Shown here: positions 37,179-37,345 of the stretch, in pieces
Layout of the letters: the number at the start of each line of letters is the position of its first letter
Numbering within the stretch: position 1 is the first letter of the stretch
Origin: Thiomargarita sp.
GTDB lineage: Bacteria > Pseudomonadota > Gammaproteobacteria > Beggiatoales > Beggiatoaceae
Reading direction: 5' to 3'
Assembly (NCBI GenBank): GCA_020721025.1
Contig: DYNO01000003.1
Coordinates: 1 to 37,345 of the forward strand
DNA: 37,345 nt
Position numbers and translations under genes: made by a program
Notes under the pieces: generated by a model
What the model was told of the DNA's origin: nothing
Database searches by the model: none
Seen by the model: only the letters and a program-made list of their open reading frames with translations

Positions 37179-37345
37179 GCAGTAAAATACTTTTTAATCT
37201 TTGTGAAGTGAGCGACTCATACCAACTGACTTTGGCAAACGCCCCGTGTTTTAGGGCTGTCTCAGCCAGTTACTTCCAATGAGTGCGCATTATATAGAAC
37301 CGATTTGAAATCTTTAATACCAAGTGAAACAGGTCTATAACCCAA

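Overview
Chromosomal segment of a Gram-negative genome, probably gammaproteobacterial. The glyW-cysT-leuZ-type tRNA operon, GspD/ExeA, CcmC, YhdP and GabD support this; the exact taxon cannot be determined here. Spot counts put the background GC near 40%. I support about 27 intact CDS, 2 conserved genes each broken by one in-frame TAA, 5 tRNAs, 2 canonical sigma70 tRNA promoters, an IS200/IS605-type tnpB remnant, and a small nested-palindrome (MITE/REP-like) repeat family. Most content is housekeeping, envelope or signalling: a PrsR-like sigma54 activator, a YhdP-family protein, Hpt plus REC-PAS-GGDEF-EAL, an M48 lipoprotein, an ATP-grasp enzyme, an orphan GspD secretin, an ABC-2 permease, a PglC-like/PglF-like fusion, a CDF transporter, a DegT aminotransferase, GabD, HAMP-PP2C with SBP paralogs, CcmC and ExeA. 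The most interesting part is a compositionally mosaic stretch at about 19.5-25.6 kb. It holds the tnpB remnant, a solitary GC-rich transglutaminase/DUF2126 gene, and a low-GC, translationally coupled two-gene cassette (23507-25251, minus strand). That cassette encodes an ABC/SMC-like ATPase plus a 202-aa protein with a Toprim-like E...DxD pattern and a hexad-repeat coiled coil. By architecture it looks like an uncharacterised PARIS/AbiL/OLD-style anti-phage defence pair next to two tRNA-Thr genes. All functional calls rest on motif recognition by eye; no database searches were run.
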